From Gemmatimonas sp. (lineage in GTDB: Bacteria > Gemmatimonadota > Gemmatimonadetes > Gemmatimonadales > Gemmatimonadaceae): DNA of 64,000 bases. The notes beneath the pieces were generated by a model that did no database searches, had not been told where the DNA came from, and saw nothing but the letters and a program-made list of their open reading frames with translations. How positions within the stretch are numbered: position 1 is the stretch's first letter; every line of letters begins with the position of its first letter. Positions 18,696 to 28,456 of this stretch are shown here, piece by piece. Made by a program: the position numbers and the translations under genes. The stretch spans positions 2,496,001 to 2,560,000 of the forward strand of contig OZ257156.1 in assembly GCA_965279375.1 (NCBI GenBank). The letters run 5' to 3'.

Positions 18696-20675
18696 TCAGC
18701 GAGTGCCGGGCGCCGTCGCGGTGCCGGTTGCGTTGGGCGCGGTGCCAGGGATCGTCCACAGTGGACGATCGACACTGGTGTCAGGCGACAGATCGCGAAT
18801 CACCGCGGTGTATCGTCCCGACGCCGAGAGCGTGAGTCGCGCGGCGCCCCAGCCGTTCTTCACCCAGAGGTCGCGAACGGACGACTGCGCGGTGGCCCAT
18901 CCCGGCGTGTTCTCGTCGAGCAGCGCCACGCTGATGGACGCACCCGCGGGGAGCGTGTCGGGCTCGAACTGCCACCGATCGCCGATGGTCAGCCGATTGT
19001 CGGCCCAGCGAAGCTTGCGAATGCTCGCGTAGGGACGCGCGCCGCTGCTGCGTACCGCCAGTTCGACGTCAGCGCTGTCGGCGACGATGAGCTCCATGCG
19101 ATAGCGCCGTGCTCCAGCGGGGATCCACGACACCGAGTAGTACGGCGTGACGACCGAGGGGTAGGAGGCACTTGCCGACGCGCTCTTCTCCTTGATGCCG
19201 GTGGCTGGCGGAGCGTTGACGTCGCTGTTCCAGCGCAATGCGCCGTTCGCGTCACGCACCCACACCGAGACGGTGAACTGATCGAGCCCTGGTGTAAACG
19301 AGCCGCCGGTGGACGCCATCGCTTCGTCGAACACACGCACACCGGGGACTCGCATTTCGCTGAAGCTGGTGCGATCCGGCACCAACTCCGGCGGTTGTCC
19401 GGCGGGCTGCGTACGTCCGTCGTGATGATACGCTTCGCTGTCGCTGAAAAAGCGGAAGGCGTGCTCGCGTTGCGTGTAGTTGTTGATGCCGTTCGTCACC
19501 GCCAGCACGGCGGCCATGCCGAGGACGATCGGGCGCAGTGGAGTGAGTGCGCCGAGCGCCGACAGCACGATCAACGCCGGAAGAAAATTGGGGACGTACA
19601 GAAAGGTCTCGCTGCCGAACAGCTGATACAGAGCGAACTGCCCGAGGATGAACAGGGCCACGAAGAGACGCATGCGCAGCGCCTCGCGCGCGCCCACGAG
19701 TGCCCATGTGCCGATCAGCAACAGGCCGCCCCACAACACCGACGAGATCAGCCCGAGTGTACCTGCGGAGCCGATGGCCGAGGGCTGTACGATCATGATC
19801 GGCCAGTCGGCTGCACCCGGTCGGTCAACAACGGCGATCGCGGGCATGACCACCGCGTGCATGAAATACGCGATGGCAACGCGCACCGGGCCGAGTGCTT
19901 CCGGCGCCATGATGTGCTCCGACTCCGACGGATTGCCAAGAAAGAACCCGGCGGAGGGAACGAACTTCTTCTGCAGCGTCCACAGAATCACCGTGAGCGC
20001 GAACGCGTTGACCGATAGCTGGATGGCACGACGCCACGGTCGCGTGACCACGGCCGTCGTCAATCCGGCAATCCAGTTGGTGACCGTGAGCCCCAGCGTG
20101 CTCGAACTGACGGCGATTTCGAGGAACTCGGGTACCGGTCGATGCATTGCGACGCCAACGACGAGCATCGCCAGCACGACGCTCAACGAGCCGATCGTAT
20201 GCGTCTCGGGGATCACGAACCAGAAGAGCGCTCCCGCACTCGTCATGGCGACGAGCGAGAACACCGACGCATCCGGCCGACGGCATCCGGTCAGGCGAAA
20301 GACGCAGTACAGGCCGGAGGACCAGAGGCCGCCGACGACGGCGAGAAAGATGCGAATGGAAACCCACAGATCGAGCCCCAGCCCCTTATGCAGCGCCAGC
20401 ACCGGCGGGAGCACGAACATCGCAAACAGCGGGTGCACATCCGCACGTGCATGATTGGAGAAGCGATCGCTCATGTTGGCCATGACGCGCGCGATGTCGG
20501 CTTCGAACCAGACGTCGCCCGAGCTCCTCGTCAGCAGGCGCTGATCGAGGCGCCCCGACCCGATCCAAATCGTTACGAGCGCTGCGACGAACCAGACCGC
20601 GGCGATCGCGATGTCTGTCCGATAGGTGCCGATCGTGGCGGCGCGCGGAGCGTCAGCAGAACGGAGTTCGCTCAT
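18696..20675 (-). CDS. Polytopic membrane protein, probable GT-C fold, with C-terminal soluble domain
   Basis: DVWFEADI loop, HPLF, IPET; multiple TMs followed by a hydrophilic beta-rich tail. Confidence 0.55.
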   Translation of the reverse strand: MSELRSADAPRAATIGTYRTDIAIAAVWFVAALVTIWIGSGRLDQRLLTRSSGDVWFEADIARVMANMSDRFSNHARADVHPLFAMFVLPPVLALHKGLGLDLWVSIRIFLAVVGGLWSSGLYCVFRLTGCRRPDASVFSLVAMTSAGALFWFVIPETHTIGSLSVVLAMLVVGVAMHRPVPEFLEIAVSSSTLGLTVTNWIAGLTTAVVTRPWRRAIQLSVNAFALTVILWTLQKKFVPSAGFFLGNPSESEHIMAPEALGPVRVAIAYFMHAVVMPAIAVVDRPGAADWPIMIVQPSAIGSAGTLGLISSVLWGGLLLIGTWALVGAREALRMRLFVALFILGQFALYQLFGSETFLYVPNFLPALIVLSALGALTPLRPIVLGMAAVLAVTNGINNYTQREHAFRFFSDSEAYHHDGRTQPAGQPPELVPDRTSFSEMRVPGVRVFDEAMASTGGSFTPGLDQFTVSVWVRDANGALRWNSDVNAPPATGIKEKSASASASYPSVVTPYYSVSWIPAGARRYRMELIVADSADVELAVRSSGARPYASIRKLRWADNRLTIGDRWQFEPDTLPAGASISVALLDENTPGWATAQSSVRDLWVKNGWGAARLTLSASGRYTAVIRDLSPDTSVDRPLWTIPGTAPNATGTATAPGTR

Positions 20676-20840
20676 ACAGGAGATGTGGGGGAACGTGCGC
20701 GCATACTTGCGGCGAGATCCGACCTGCGTAGGCAACCTGCAGAGCGACGGGTGATGGCGGAAGAGCGCCGTCCCGCAGCGCGACGCATCAGGAAGGGCCC
20801 CAACCTCGCGTGGGTGTTGCTTTGTCCTTACCTTCGGCCG

Positions 20841-22466
20841 ATGATGACCCAAGGCGTCCCGCTGCCACCGTCACAGCTCTGGTACCGTGTGAGCGCCGGT
20901 TTCTTCACCGTCGTCGCGGTGCTTTGGGCGATCGCATCGCTCTTCTATCCGTTCGGATGGGATCAGGGCATCATCGCCCTCGTCGGTGATTCCATCCTGC
21001 AGGGCGGTATGCCGTACCGCGACTCGTGGGACATGAAGGGCCCCGTCGCGTTTCTCTGGTTCGCGCTCGCGCAGGCGCTCTTTGGGAAGGGGATGCTCGG
21101 CATCCGCGCGCTCGATCTCATCATGATCTTGTGGGCGGCGATAGCGATCGGAAGGGCAGGTGGTCGTCTGACTCGACCGGCCGCCGCCTGGTGGATTTCG
21201 ATCGCGGTGGTGCTGGTCTATGCCTCGCTGAGCTACTTCCACCTCGCGCAGCCGGACGGCGTAGCGTCGCTCGCGCTCGGCATCGTGCTGTCCGCGCTGC
21301 TGGTCGACCCGACACGTCGACGCACCATCGTGGCCGCAGCCGCCGTGATCGGCGTATGCACGCTGGTTAAACCGCTCTACATCGGATATCTGGGCATTCC
21401 GGTTATCGCGGTCCTGTTCTCGACCGAACAACCGCTTCGATCGCGCGCGACCACGCTCGTAGCGCTCGGCACCGCGTGCGCCATTCCGATCGTGCTGGTG
21501 GTCCTCTGGTTTGTCGCACGAGGTGCACTGGGTGACCTGATCGACGTGCACCTGCGCTACACGGCGAGCAACTACTCGCGTGTCGCCTCGATCCGGCTGC
21601 TCGATCGGGTGCTGCCGATCGTGAAGTATCTCAGTCAGCTGCCGCAGGGAACCGGGCTCGTCTTTCTCCCGCTCGGTGTCTGGGCCGCCTGGCAGCGCGA
21701 TCGTCGCGCGGCGACGCTGCTCGCCCTCTGGTTCGCGGCCGGGATCATCGTGGTCGGCGTGCAGGCCAAGTTCTACGTCTATCACTGGACGGTGATCTTC
21801 CCACCAGCGGTGCTCCTCATGGCCTACGGAATCGAGTGGATGCTCCCCACGCGCCGCACCGATGGTACGCCAGGCAGTCTGATGGCGACGCTCCGTGCCG
21901 CTGGCGGTATGGCAGCGACCGCACTTCTGCTGGGGCAATATGCGGTGAGCCCGGCACGCGACATCGTCCACTGGGCGAAGTTCGTGGCGCGCGTTGATTC
22001 GCCGACGACCTACTACCATCGGTTCACCTTCGGTCGCGACCCATACTTTGCCGACGAGCAGATCGAGGCGGCACGGTATCTGGAATCGCACACCGAGCCA
22101 GGAGACCCGATCGCCCTGTACGGCTACAACTCAACCGCGCTCTACCTGTCCAATCGTCCGAACGCGACGCGCTTCACATTTTCGCTTCCACTTTTTGCCG
22201 GAGGCGTCGGAAGCCCCTTCGTGCAGAAGTACCGCGCTGAATGGATGACGGCGATGACGCGCGCGCCGAAATACATCATTGTCGGTCTACGACTCAAGTA
22301 TCGCTCGCGCGATTTGACCGACTGGCCGGAGTTCTACGCATTGCTCACGCGCGACTTCGCGATCGAGAAATCGTTTGGCATCATCGATCTGTGGCGGCGC
22401 CGTTCTGACGCCGTCGGGGCGGTCGGACCAACGGCAATCGCGCGCGACGACGAGCTGCGTCGCTAG
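20841..22466 (+). CDS. GT-C fold membrane glycosyltransferase (ArnT/PMT-like)
   Basis: WDQG....G..IL.GGMPYRDSWDMKGP; multiple TMs; C-terminal periplasmic domain. Confidence 0.78.
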   Translation: MMTQGVPLPPSQLWYRVSAGFFTVVAVLWAIASLFYPFGWDQGIIALVGDSILQGGMPYRDSWDMKGPVAFLWFALAQALFGKGMLGIRALDLIMILWAAIAIGRAGGRLTRPAAAWWISIAVVLVYASLSYFHLAQPDGVASLALGIVLSALLVDPTRRRTIVAAAAVIGVCTLVKPLYIGYLGIPVIAVLFSTEQPLRSRATTLVALGTACAIPIVLVVLWFVARGALGDLIDVHLRYTASNYSRVASIRLLDRVLPIVKYLSQLPQGTGLVFLPLGVWAAWQRDRRAATLLALWFAAGIIVVGVQAKFYVYHWTVIFPPAVLLMAYGIEWMLPTRRTDGTPGSLMATLRAAGGMAATALLLGQYAVSPARDIVHWAKFVARVDSPTTYYHRFTFGRDPYFADEQIEAARYLESHTEPGDPIALYGYNSTALYLSNRPNATRFTFSLPLFAGGVGSPFVQKYRAEWMTAMTRAPKYIIVGLRLKYRSRDLTDWPEFYALLTRDFAIEKSFGIIDLWRRRSDAVGAVGPTAIARDDELRR

Positions 22467-22473
22467 CCGATCG

Positions 22474-24387
22474 TCACTCCTGGTGCGGCTTGTCTATCGC
22501 CGCGCGCAGTCGTGGAAGGACCCGATCGCCTGCAGCGGTGCCCATGAGATTGTGCGCTTCAGCGGGGTCGGCCAGATAGTCGAACAGCTCCTCTTCGCCG
22601 TCCCCGCGCCGAATGAAGTGATACTGCGCGTCGAGGGCACTGCGCATTGCGCCGAATCGCACCGGCTCATTCTCCTCCGGCCGCGGTTTGGCGCCAAGGT
22701 GCGCGACGATCGGAGCGGCGGTGTCCGTCGAGACCTCGGTCGACCAGAGCGCAGAAAACGACGTCCCCGGGAGCTTCGCGTCCTTGCCGAGCCCCGTGAG
22801 GTCCAGCACCGTCGCCGTGAGATCGCGCAGCGTGACGGGTGCGCTGACGCGCACGCCACGCGGCACACGCGCGGGATACCGGATCACGAGCGGAACGTGG
22901 AGCAGCGGCAAATAGAGTGCGTTGGCATGTTCGGTGAGTCCGTGTTCGCCGAACAGTTCGCCGTGATCCGACGTGATGATGACGATCGTATTGTCGAGCG
23001 CGCCCGTGCGCTGCAGCTCGTCGAGCATGCGACCGACATTGTCGTCGATCGTGGCGATCGATGCGTCGTACTTGCCCAGTGACCGGTGCGCAGGCTGCGC
23101 AAACTTCTTCAGCAGCGAATCGGGCGCTTTGTAGTCCATGTGCGCGTCGAAGAAATTCAGGAACGCAAAGAACGGACGTCCCTTCACGGTCTTCTGCCAC
23201 TCGAGAAATGCCGACGTGATCTCCGACGATGAGCGACGGGCGTACGTGTCGGAGTTGAAGTTGCGCTCGTCGAACTGCGTATCGATGTGTCGGATCGACC
23301 ACAGCACATCGATGAGCGAGTGCGCTCCCATGATCTGCTTGAAGACCGGCGTATGGGCCAGCCAGGCGTGCCCGAGCAGCTGGTGCATCGTCGGGTGATA
23401 GTCGTCGTAGTGCTCGAACCCTCTCGCCAGCCCCGACTCGCGTGACGTATAGAGCAGGTTGGCCACGAAGCCGCCCGTGGCGTATCCGCCTGCCTGCAGG
23501 CGCTCGGCGAGCATTGGCGAGTCGCCGCGCACCAAGCTGACGAAATCACCCTGGATGGCATCGGCGTCGAGCCCGGCGAACATGCTGGCGTGTGACTTGA
23601 GTGTCCACGGAGCGGTGCTGAAGGCCCGATCGAAGGTGACCCCTTCACCGGCCAGCGCAGAAAGGCGTGGACTGGTCTGCGGGGCGTATCCGTAGAGATT
23701 CAGATTGGCGGCTCGCACCGTGTCCCAGACCAGCAGCAGCACATTGGGCGCCCCCGCCGGCGCGTGGTCAGCGGCCGTGACAACGACACTGCCCGACCCC
23801 GAGCGCAGGGCGAACTGCGTCGCGACCATCGCGACCGTGACCGCAGTGAGCGCGCCGAGCCCCAGCCGCACGCGCCGCAGCCAGCGCGCGCCTCCGCCGC
23901 GGGCGCTGCGCCCGACCTGTACGGCGACGCCAATCGACAGCAGGATGATTGAGACCCGCGTCAGCTCGGCGAACGGGAGCAGCAGAGAAAACACCGACAG
24001 CCCCGCAAAAAATCCGCTGGTCGCCACGTTGACGCGAAAGCGGGGGAACAGCAGCGCGAGTAGCGCCCAGCCGGCGGCCAGCACCAGGTAGATGATCAGG
24101 TACGCGGCGGGCGCCATCCACACGTAGTCCGGGCTGGCAAAGATGAATCGCTCCCGGAGGTAATGGTTGATGCCTGCCAGTGAGAGTTGGAGCAGCGCGG
24201 TGATCAGCGCGAAGCAGGCGGCAATCGCGAGCGCAGTCCCGGCGCCGCCGAGCCGCGACTCCGTCGGCTCGCTACTGCTCTTCCCGTCGGCGCTCCCCTG
24301 CGCCGGCGCCAGACCTCGAAGCAGCAGGAGCAGCGCAAGCCCGATGAGTCCCCCCTGTACGACAAGGCTTGTGATGTCCGAGTTCAT
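22474..24387 (-). CDS. Membrane-anchored sulfatase-fold (AlkP superfamily) hydrolase/transferase 1
   Basis: Several N-terminal TMs, PNVLLLVWDTVRA, APWTLKSHAS, NFFDAH, TSDHGE, HVPL; AGGAG before ATG 24387. Confidence 0.85.
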   Translation of the reverse strand: MNSDITSLVVQGGLIGLALLLLLRGLAPAQGSADGKSSSEPTESRLGGAGTALAIAACFALITALLQLSLAGINHYLRERFIFASPDYVWMAPAAYLIIYLVLAAGWALLALLFPRFRVNVATSGFFAGLSVFSLLLPFAELTRVSIILLSIGVAVQVGRSARGGGARWLRRVRLGLGALTAVTVAMVATQFALRSGSGSVVVTAADHAPAGAPNVLLLVWDTVRAANLNLYGYAPQTSPRLSALAGEGVTFDRAFSTAPWTLKSHASMFAGLDADAIQGDFVSLVRGDSPMLAERLQAGGYATGGFVANLLYTSRESGLARGFEHYDDYHPTMHQLLGHAWLAHTPVFKQIMGAHSLIDVLWSIRHIDTQFDERNFNSDTYARRSSSEITSAFLEWQKTVKGRPFFAFLNFFDAHMDYKAPDSLLKKFAQPAHRSLGKYDASIATIDDNVGRMLDELQRTGALDNTIVIITSDHGELFGEHGLTEHANALYLPLLHVPLVIRYPARVPRGVRVSAPVTLRDLTATVLDLTGLGKDAKLPGTSFSALWSTEVSTDTAAPIVAHLGAKPRPEENEPVRFGAMRSALDAQYHFIRRGDGEEELFDYLADPAEAHNLMGTAAGDRVLPRLRAAIDKPHQE

Positions 24388-24705
24388 TCGGCGCCACTCC
24401 TGCGGCGTGCCGGCTGCGTGATGGGACGAGAGCGCGTGCCGTCCAAGAGGGCGGTTGATTCGCCGGGGGAGTCGACGCGGAGATCTTAACGCGTACTTTA
24501 CTTTCGGTTTGGGAACCGTAACAGGTCCGGACCCGGCATTTCCAGTGCGTAGCCTCCGGGTTGTCGTGGGTGTGAGCGGTCGCCTGGCCGAATACCTTTC
24601 TCCCTGCACACACCCACTTCGATACGCGGGATCGGCGTCGTGCGTCAGCATGCAGGCAGTGCGCGTCTGTCCTTCCAATCACTCGACCGGTTTATGAATT
24701 CGGGT

Positions 24706-24738
24706 TGCCACACTCGTACGAACGCGGTGCCACGCTCG
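24706..24738. promoter_or_regulatory. 11-bp direct repeat with 22-bp period, candidate regulator site
   Basis: TGCCACACTCG (24706) and TGCCACGCTCG (24728) just before ATG 24746. Confidence 0.3.
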
Positions 24739-24745
24739 CGCGCCG

Positions 24746-26590
24746 ATGGCTGACGTCCGCACGGTCGTCGTAATCGGCCTTGACGGCCTCGAGCCCGGCA
24801 TCGCCGAGCCGATGATGGACGCCGGCGCACTTCCGCATCTGGCAGCGCTGCGTGCCCGCGGTGGATTCGGTCGCGTGGCTACGACCACGCCGGCGCAGAC
24901 TCCGGTCGCCTGGTCGACTTTCGCCACCGGCGTGAATCCCGGCGCCCACGGCATTTTCGATTTCATTCGGCGCGATCCCAAGACCTACCTGCCCGACCTC
25001 GCGCTCAATCGCTACGAGCAGAAGAGCAGCTTCCTCCCCCCCAAGGCGGTCAACCTCCGCCGGGGAACGCCGCTCTGGGAAGTGCTCAGCAAGGCTGGCA
25101 TTCCGTCCACGGTCATTCGCTGCCCGTGCACCTACCCGCCCGACAACTTCAAGGGGCGCATGCTCTCCGGCATGGGCGTGCCCGATCTGCGCGGGGGACT
25201 GGGCACCAACACCTTCTACAGCACGAAGGCGGGAGTGAAGGCCGAGGAGAGCGAGGCAGTGGTGGCGCTCAAGTCAGACGGCCGCAGCATCCGGACGCAC
25301 CTCATCGGCCCGCGCAATCCAAAGACCGGCGGCGATCAGCTTCTCGATATCACCGTCGATCTCGATGTGGCCGGTCGCAAAGTCGTCGTGAAGTCCGATG
25401 GGCAGCCCAAGGCGCTCGAGGTGCGCGTCGGCGAGTGGAGCGACTGGCTGCGCGTCAAGTTCAAGCTGGGGATGCTCCAATCGGTCAGCGGCATGGTGCG
25501 CTTCCATCTCGTGAGCCTCGAGCCGTTCGTGGAGCTCTACGCGTCCCCGATCAACTTCGACCCGGAAACGCCCATGTTTCCGATCAGCCACCCGTGGGAC
25601 TATGCGCAGGAGTTGCAGCGCAAGGTCGGCACGTTCTACACGACGGGCATGGTCGAGGATCACGGTGGTCTGAACAACGAGCGCTTTGACGAACACGCCT
25701 TTCTCGCGCAGTGCGAGGGCGTGCTCAAAGAGCGTGAAGCGATGCTGTCGTACGAGCTCGATCGCCTGACGGAAGGCTTCCTGTTCTGTCTCTTCGACAC
25801 GCCGGACCGTCTGCAGCACATGATGTGGCGTTTCCGCGAGGACGCGCATCCCGCCAACCACGGGAAGATCGAGGCGAGCTATCGGGCCGCGATCGAAGAG
25901 CACTATCAGCGCAGCGATGCCGTCGTGGGACGCGCGATGCAGCGAGCGGACGACCGCACGCTCTTCATCGTCATGTCCGACCACGGCTTCTCGAGCTTCC
26001 AGCGCGGCGTGCACCTGAACAGCTGGTTGCAGGCCAACGGCTTCCTCACGCTCAAGAACGGTGCGACGCCCGGCGATGCCGGCGACTTCTTCAAGAACGT
26101 GGACTGGTCGCGCACCAAGGCCTACGCGCTCGGACTCGGCAGCATGTATCTCAACCTTGCCGGCCGAGAGGCCGAAGGGATCGTCGCGCCGCAGGACGCC
26201 GCGTCGGTGGCGCAGGCGATCGCGGAGGGCATGCGCGGTATGCCGGATCCCGAGCGCGGCACGGTGGCCGTGCGACGCGTCGCGCTGCGCGACGAGATCT
26301 ACTCGGGCGCCTATGCACACGAGTCACCCGACATGGTCGCGCTCTTCAACGCGGGCTATCGCGTCTCATGGGACACCGCGCTCGGTGGCATTCCGCATGG
26401 GCTCATCGAGAACAACACCAAGAAGTGGGGCGGTGACCACATCATCGATCCGCTGCTCGTGCCCGGTGTGCTCTTCATGAACCGACCGTTCCGCACCGAG
26501 GGCGCGCGACTGCTCGACCTCGCGCCCACCATCCTCTCGGCGCTTGGACCGGGAAAGATTTCCGCCATGGAAGGGGAGTCCCTGCTGTGA
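24746..26590 (+). CDS. AlkP/type I phosphodiesterase (NPP)-family protein, large
   Basis: IGLDG, TTPAQTPVAWSTFATG.NPG.HGIFDF, DRLQH, MSDHGF, GDH, DLAPTIL; no signal peptide. Confidence 0.9.
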   Translation: MADVRTVVVIGLDGLEPGIAEPMMDAGALPHLAALRARGGFGRVATTTPAQTPVAWSTFATGVNPGAHGIFDFIRRDPKTYLPDLALNRYEQKSSFLPPKAVNLRRGTPLWEVLSKAGIPSTVIRCPCTYPPDNFKGRMLSGMGVPDLRGGLGTNTFYSTKAGVKAEESEAVVALKSDGRSIRTHLIGPRNPKTGGDQLLDITVDLDVAGRKVVVKSDGQPKALEVRVGEWSDWLRVKFKLGMLQSVSGMVRFHLVSLEPFVELYASPINFDPETPMFPISHPWDYAQELQRKVGTFYTTGMVEDHGGLNNERFDEHAFLAQCEGVLKEREAMLSYELDRLTEGFLFCLFDTPDRLQHMMWRFREDAHPANHGKIEASYRAAIEEHYQRSDAVVGRAMQRADDRTLFIVMSDHGFSSFQRGVHLNSWLQANGFLTLKNGATPGDAGDFFKNVDWSRTKAYALGLGSMYLNLAGREAEGIVAPQDAASVAQAIAEGMRGMPDPERGTVAVRRVALRDEIYSGAYAHESPDMVALFNAGYRVSWDTALGGIPHGLIENNTKKWGGDHIIDPLLVPGVLFMNRPFRTEGARLLDLAPTILSALGPGKISAMEGESLL

Positions 26591-28050
26591 AGATTCTCGT
26601 CATCGGTCTCGATTGTGCAGCGCCCGATCTGTTGTTCGGCGATGAGTCGCTGGTCAACATCCGCCGCCTGATGAGCATGGGCGCGTACGGCCGACTCGAG
26701 AGCGTGGTACCGCCCATCACGATCCCCGCGTGGATGTGCATGTCCACCAGCCAGGATCCGGGGTCGCTCGGCATCTACGGCTTCCGCAACCGCGGCGACC
26801 ATTCGTACGACAAGCTGCAGATCGTCAACGCAAAGTCGATCCGGCAGATGGCGATGTGGGACTATCTCGCGACTGAAGGGAAGAAGTCGGTGTTGATCGG
26901 CGTGCCGCCCAGTTTCCCGCCGCGCAAGGTGAACGGCATCTGCGTCGGGTGCTTTCTCACCCCCGACTCCAACACCGATGTGTACACGCATCCGGCATCG
27001 GTGGCGGCGGAGATCCGTGAGTTGGTGGGCGAGTTCCCCGTGGACGTGAAGGGGTTCCGCACCGATCAGAAGGACTGGTTGCTGGAGCAGGTGTTCGACA
27101 TGAGCCGCAAGCACTTCACGGTCATCCGGCACTATCTCAAGAACGCCGAGTGGGACTACTTCCACTTCGTGAACATCGGCCTCGATCGCGTGCACCACGG
27201 CTTCTGGAGTTACTGCGATCCGAAGCACGTGGACTACGTGCCGGGCAACAAGTACGAGAATGTCATTCGCGACTACTACCAGCATCTCGATGAAGAGATC
27301 GGGACGGTGCTGGAGCTGATCGACGATGAGACGGTGGTGCTGGTCGTCTCCGATCACGGCGCACAGCCGCTGGATGGCGGCTTCTGCGTGAACGAATGGC
27401 TCGTGCGCGAAGGGCTGCTGGTGCTCAACGAGTATCCGAAGGAAGTCACACCCTTCGGCAAGCTCAACGTCGACTGGACCAAGACCAAAGTGTGGAGCGA
27501 AGGTGGCTACTACGCGCGTGTGTTCCTGAACATCGAAGGGCGCGAGCCAACCGGCGCGATCCCCAAGGACGATGTGCTGCGCTTCCGCGATGAGCTCAAG
27601 GCAAAGCTGGAAGCCACGGTCGACGAGCATGGCAAGCCACTCGGCACCCTCGTCTTCAAGCCCGAAGAGATCTACCACGACGTGAAGAACGTCGCGCCCG
27701 ATCTGATCGTGCACTTCGGGGCGCTGTCCTGGCGCTCGATCGGCGGCGTGGGCTACGATACAATCCACGTGCACGAGAACGACACGGGCCCGGACGACTG
27801 CAACCATGCCCAGTTCGGGGCGTTCATCCTCGCCGCGGCCAACAGTCCGCTGTCCGGGGAAGTGGAGGGCGCGCGGTTGCTGGATATCGCCCCCACGCTG
27901 TTCGAACTGGGTGGCTACGAGATTCCCGAGACGTTCCAGGGACGCTCGCTGGTGTCGGGGAAGGTGGCGGATGGCGGCCATCAGGACCTGGCGCCGGATC
28001 GTGAGGAGATCATCCGGCAACGCCTGGCCGGGCTTGGCTACATATCGTGA
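26587..28050 (+). CDS. AlkP/type I phosphodiesterase (NPP)-family protein
   Basis: IGLDCA, PPITIPAW, DRVHH, VSDHG, DIAPT, C-terminal RLAGLGYI; no signal peptide. Confidence 0.9.
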   Translation: MKILVIGLDCAAPDLLFGDESLVNIRRLMSMGAYGRLESVVPPITIPAWMCMSTSQDPGSLGIYGFRNRGDHSYDKLQIVNAKSIRQMAMWDYLATEGKKSVLIGVPPSFPPRKVNGICVGCFLTPDSNTDVYTHPASVAAEIRELVGEFPVDVKGFRTDQKDWLLEQVFDMSRKHFTVIRHYLKNAEWDYFHFVNIGLDRVHHGFWSYCDPKHVDYVPGNKYENVIRDYYQHLDEEIGTVLELIDDETVVLVVSDHGAQPLDGGFCVNEWLVREGLLVLNEYPKEVTPFGKLNVDWTKTKVWSEGGYYARVFLNIEGREPTGAIPKDDVLRFRDELKAKLEATVDEHGKPLGTLVFKPEEIYHDVKNVAPDLIVHFGALSWRSIGGVGYDTIHVHENDTGPDDCNHAQFGAFILAAANSPLSGEVEGARLLDIAPTLFELGGYEIPETFQGRSLVSGKVADGGHQDLAPDREEIIRQRLAGLGYIS

Positions 28051-28077
28051 TCTGCATCACATGTCGCTCCTTCCGGG

Positions 28078-28094
28078 CGGCATGGAACTCGCAA
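28078..28094 (+). promoter_or_regulatory. Candidate sigma-54 (-24/-12) promoter
   Basis: CGGCATGGAACTCGCAA: GG-N10-GC, resembling TGGCACG-N4-TTGC, 47 bp upstream of the small ORF. Confidence 0.4.
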
Positions 28095-28141
28095 TAAACT
28101 CTCGTTAATTCTGTGCGTCGACCGTAACCGAGACCGCGTCC

Positions 28142-28321
28142 ATGACCATCGAACAGATTCCTGTGCTTCCACTTGCGATGTACATCGGCCCCGAGGTGAT
28201 GATGCCGGTGGCGTCTGCCATCGCGGCGGTCGTGGGCTACTTGTTGATGTTCTGGCGCAGCACTGTGGCGTTTGCGAAACGGGCGGGTTCCGCCGTCGGC
28301 CGCCTTTTCGCCAAGCGGTGA
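28142..28321 (+). CDS. 59-aa single-pass membrane peptide (Y-I-G-P type)
   Basis: Not in the ORF track; MTIEQIPVLPLAMYIGPEVMMPVASAIAAVVGYLLMFWRSTVAFAKRAGSAVGRLFAKR; TM helix plus basic tail; followed by a hairpin. Confidence 0.75.
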   Translation: MTIEQIPVLPLAMYIGPEVMMPVASAIAAVVGYLLMFWRSTVAFAKRAGSAVGRLFAKR

Positions 28322-28341
28322 CCTGACAGAACCGGGACGCA

Positions 28342-28378
28342 GACGCGGCCAGCGAGAGATCCTCTCGCTGGCCGCGTC
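28342..28378. terminator. Strong stem-loop between convergent genes, probable terminator
   Basis: GACGCGGCCAGCGAGAG-ATC-CTCTCGCTGGCCGCGTC, perfect 17-bp stem. Confidence 0.8.
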
Positions 28379-28456
28379 CGCATTTGTGCTCTCGCTACAC
28401 CGCCGTCGCTATGCCCCTGAGGGGCACTGGCGTCGGCGATGACCGTGCGCCGCTGG

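Noticed and set aside
20142..20852. Apparent long overlap of two divergent ORFs
   Set aside because: Over-extended starts; the likely starts are 20675 (-) and 20841 (+).
26356..28020. 554-aa minus-strand ORF and similar long antisense or off-frame ORFs (5265-6662, 8225-9649, 29006-30490, 36323-37636, 42763-44391)
   Set aside because: High-GC shadow ORFs overlapping well-supported genes, with Arg/Ala-rich non-protein-like composition.
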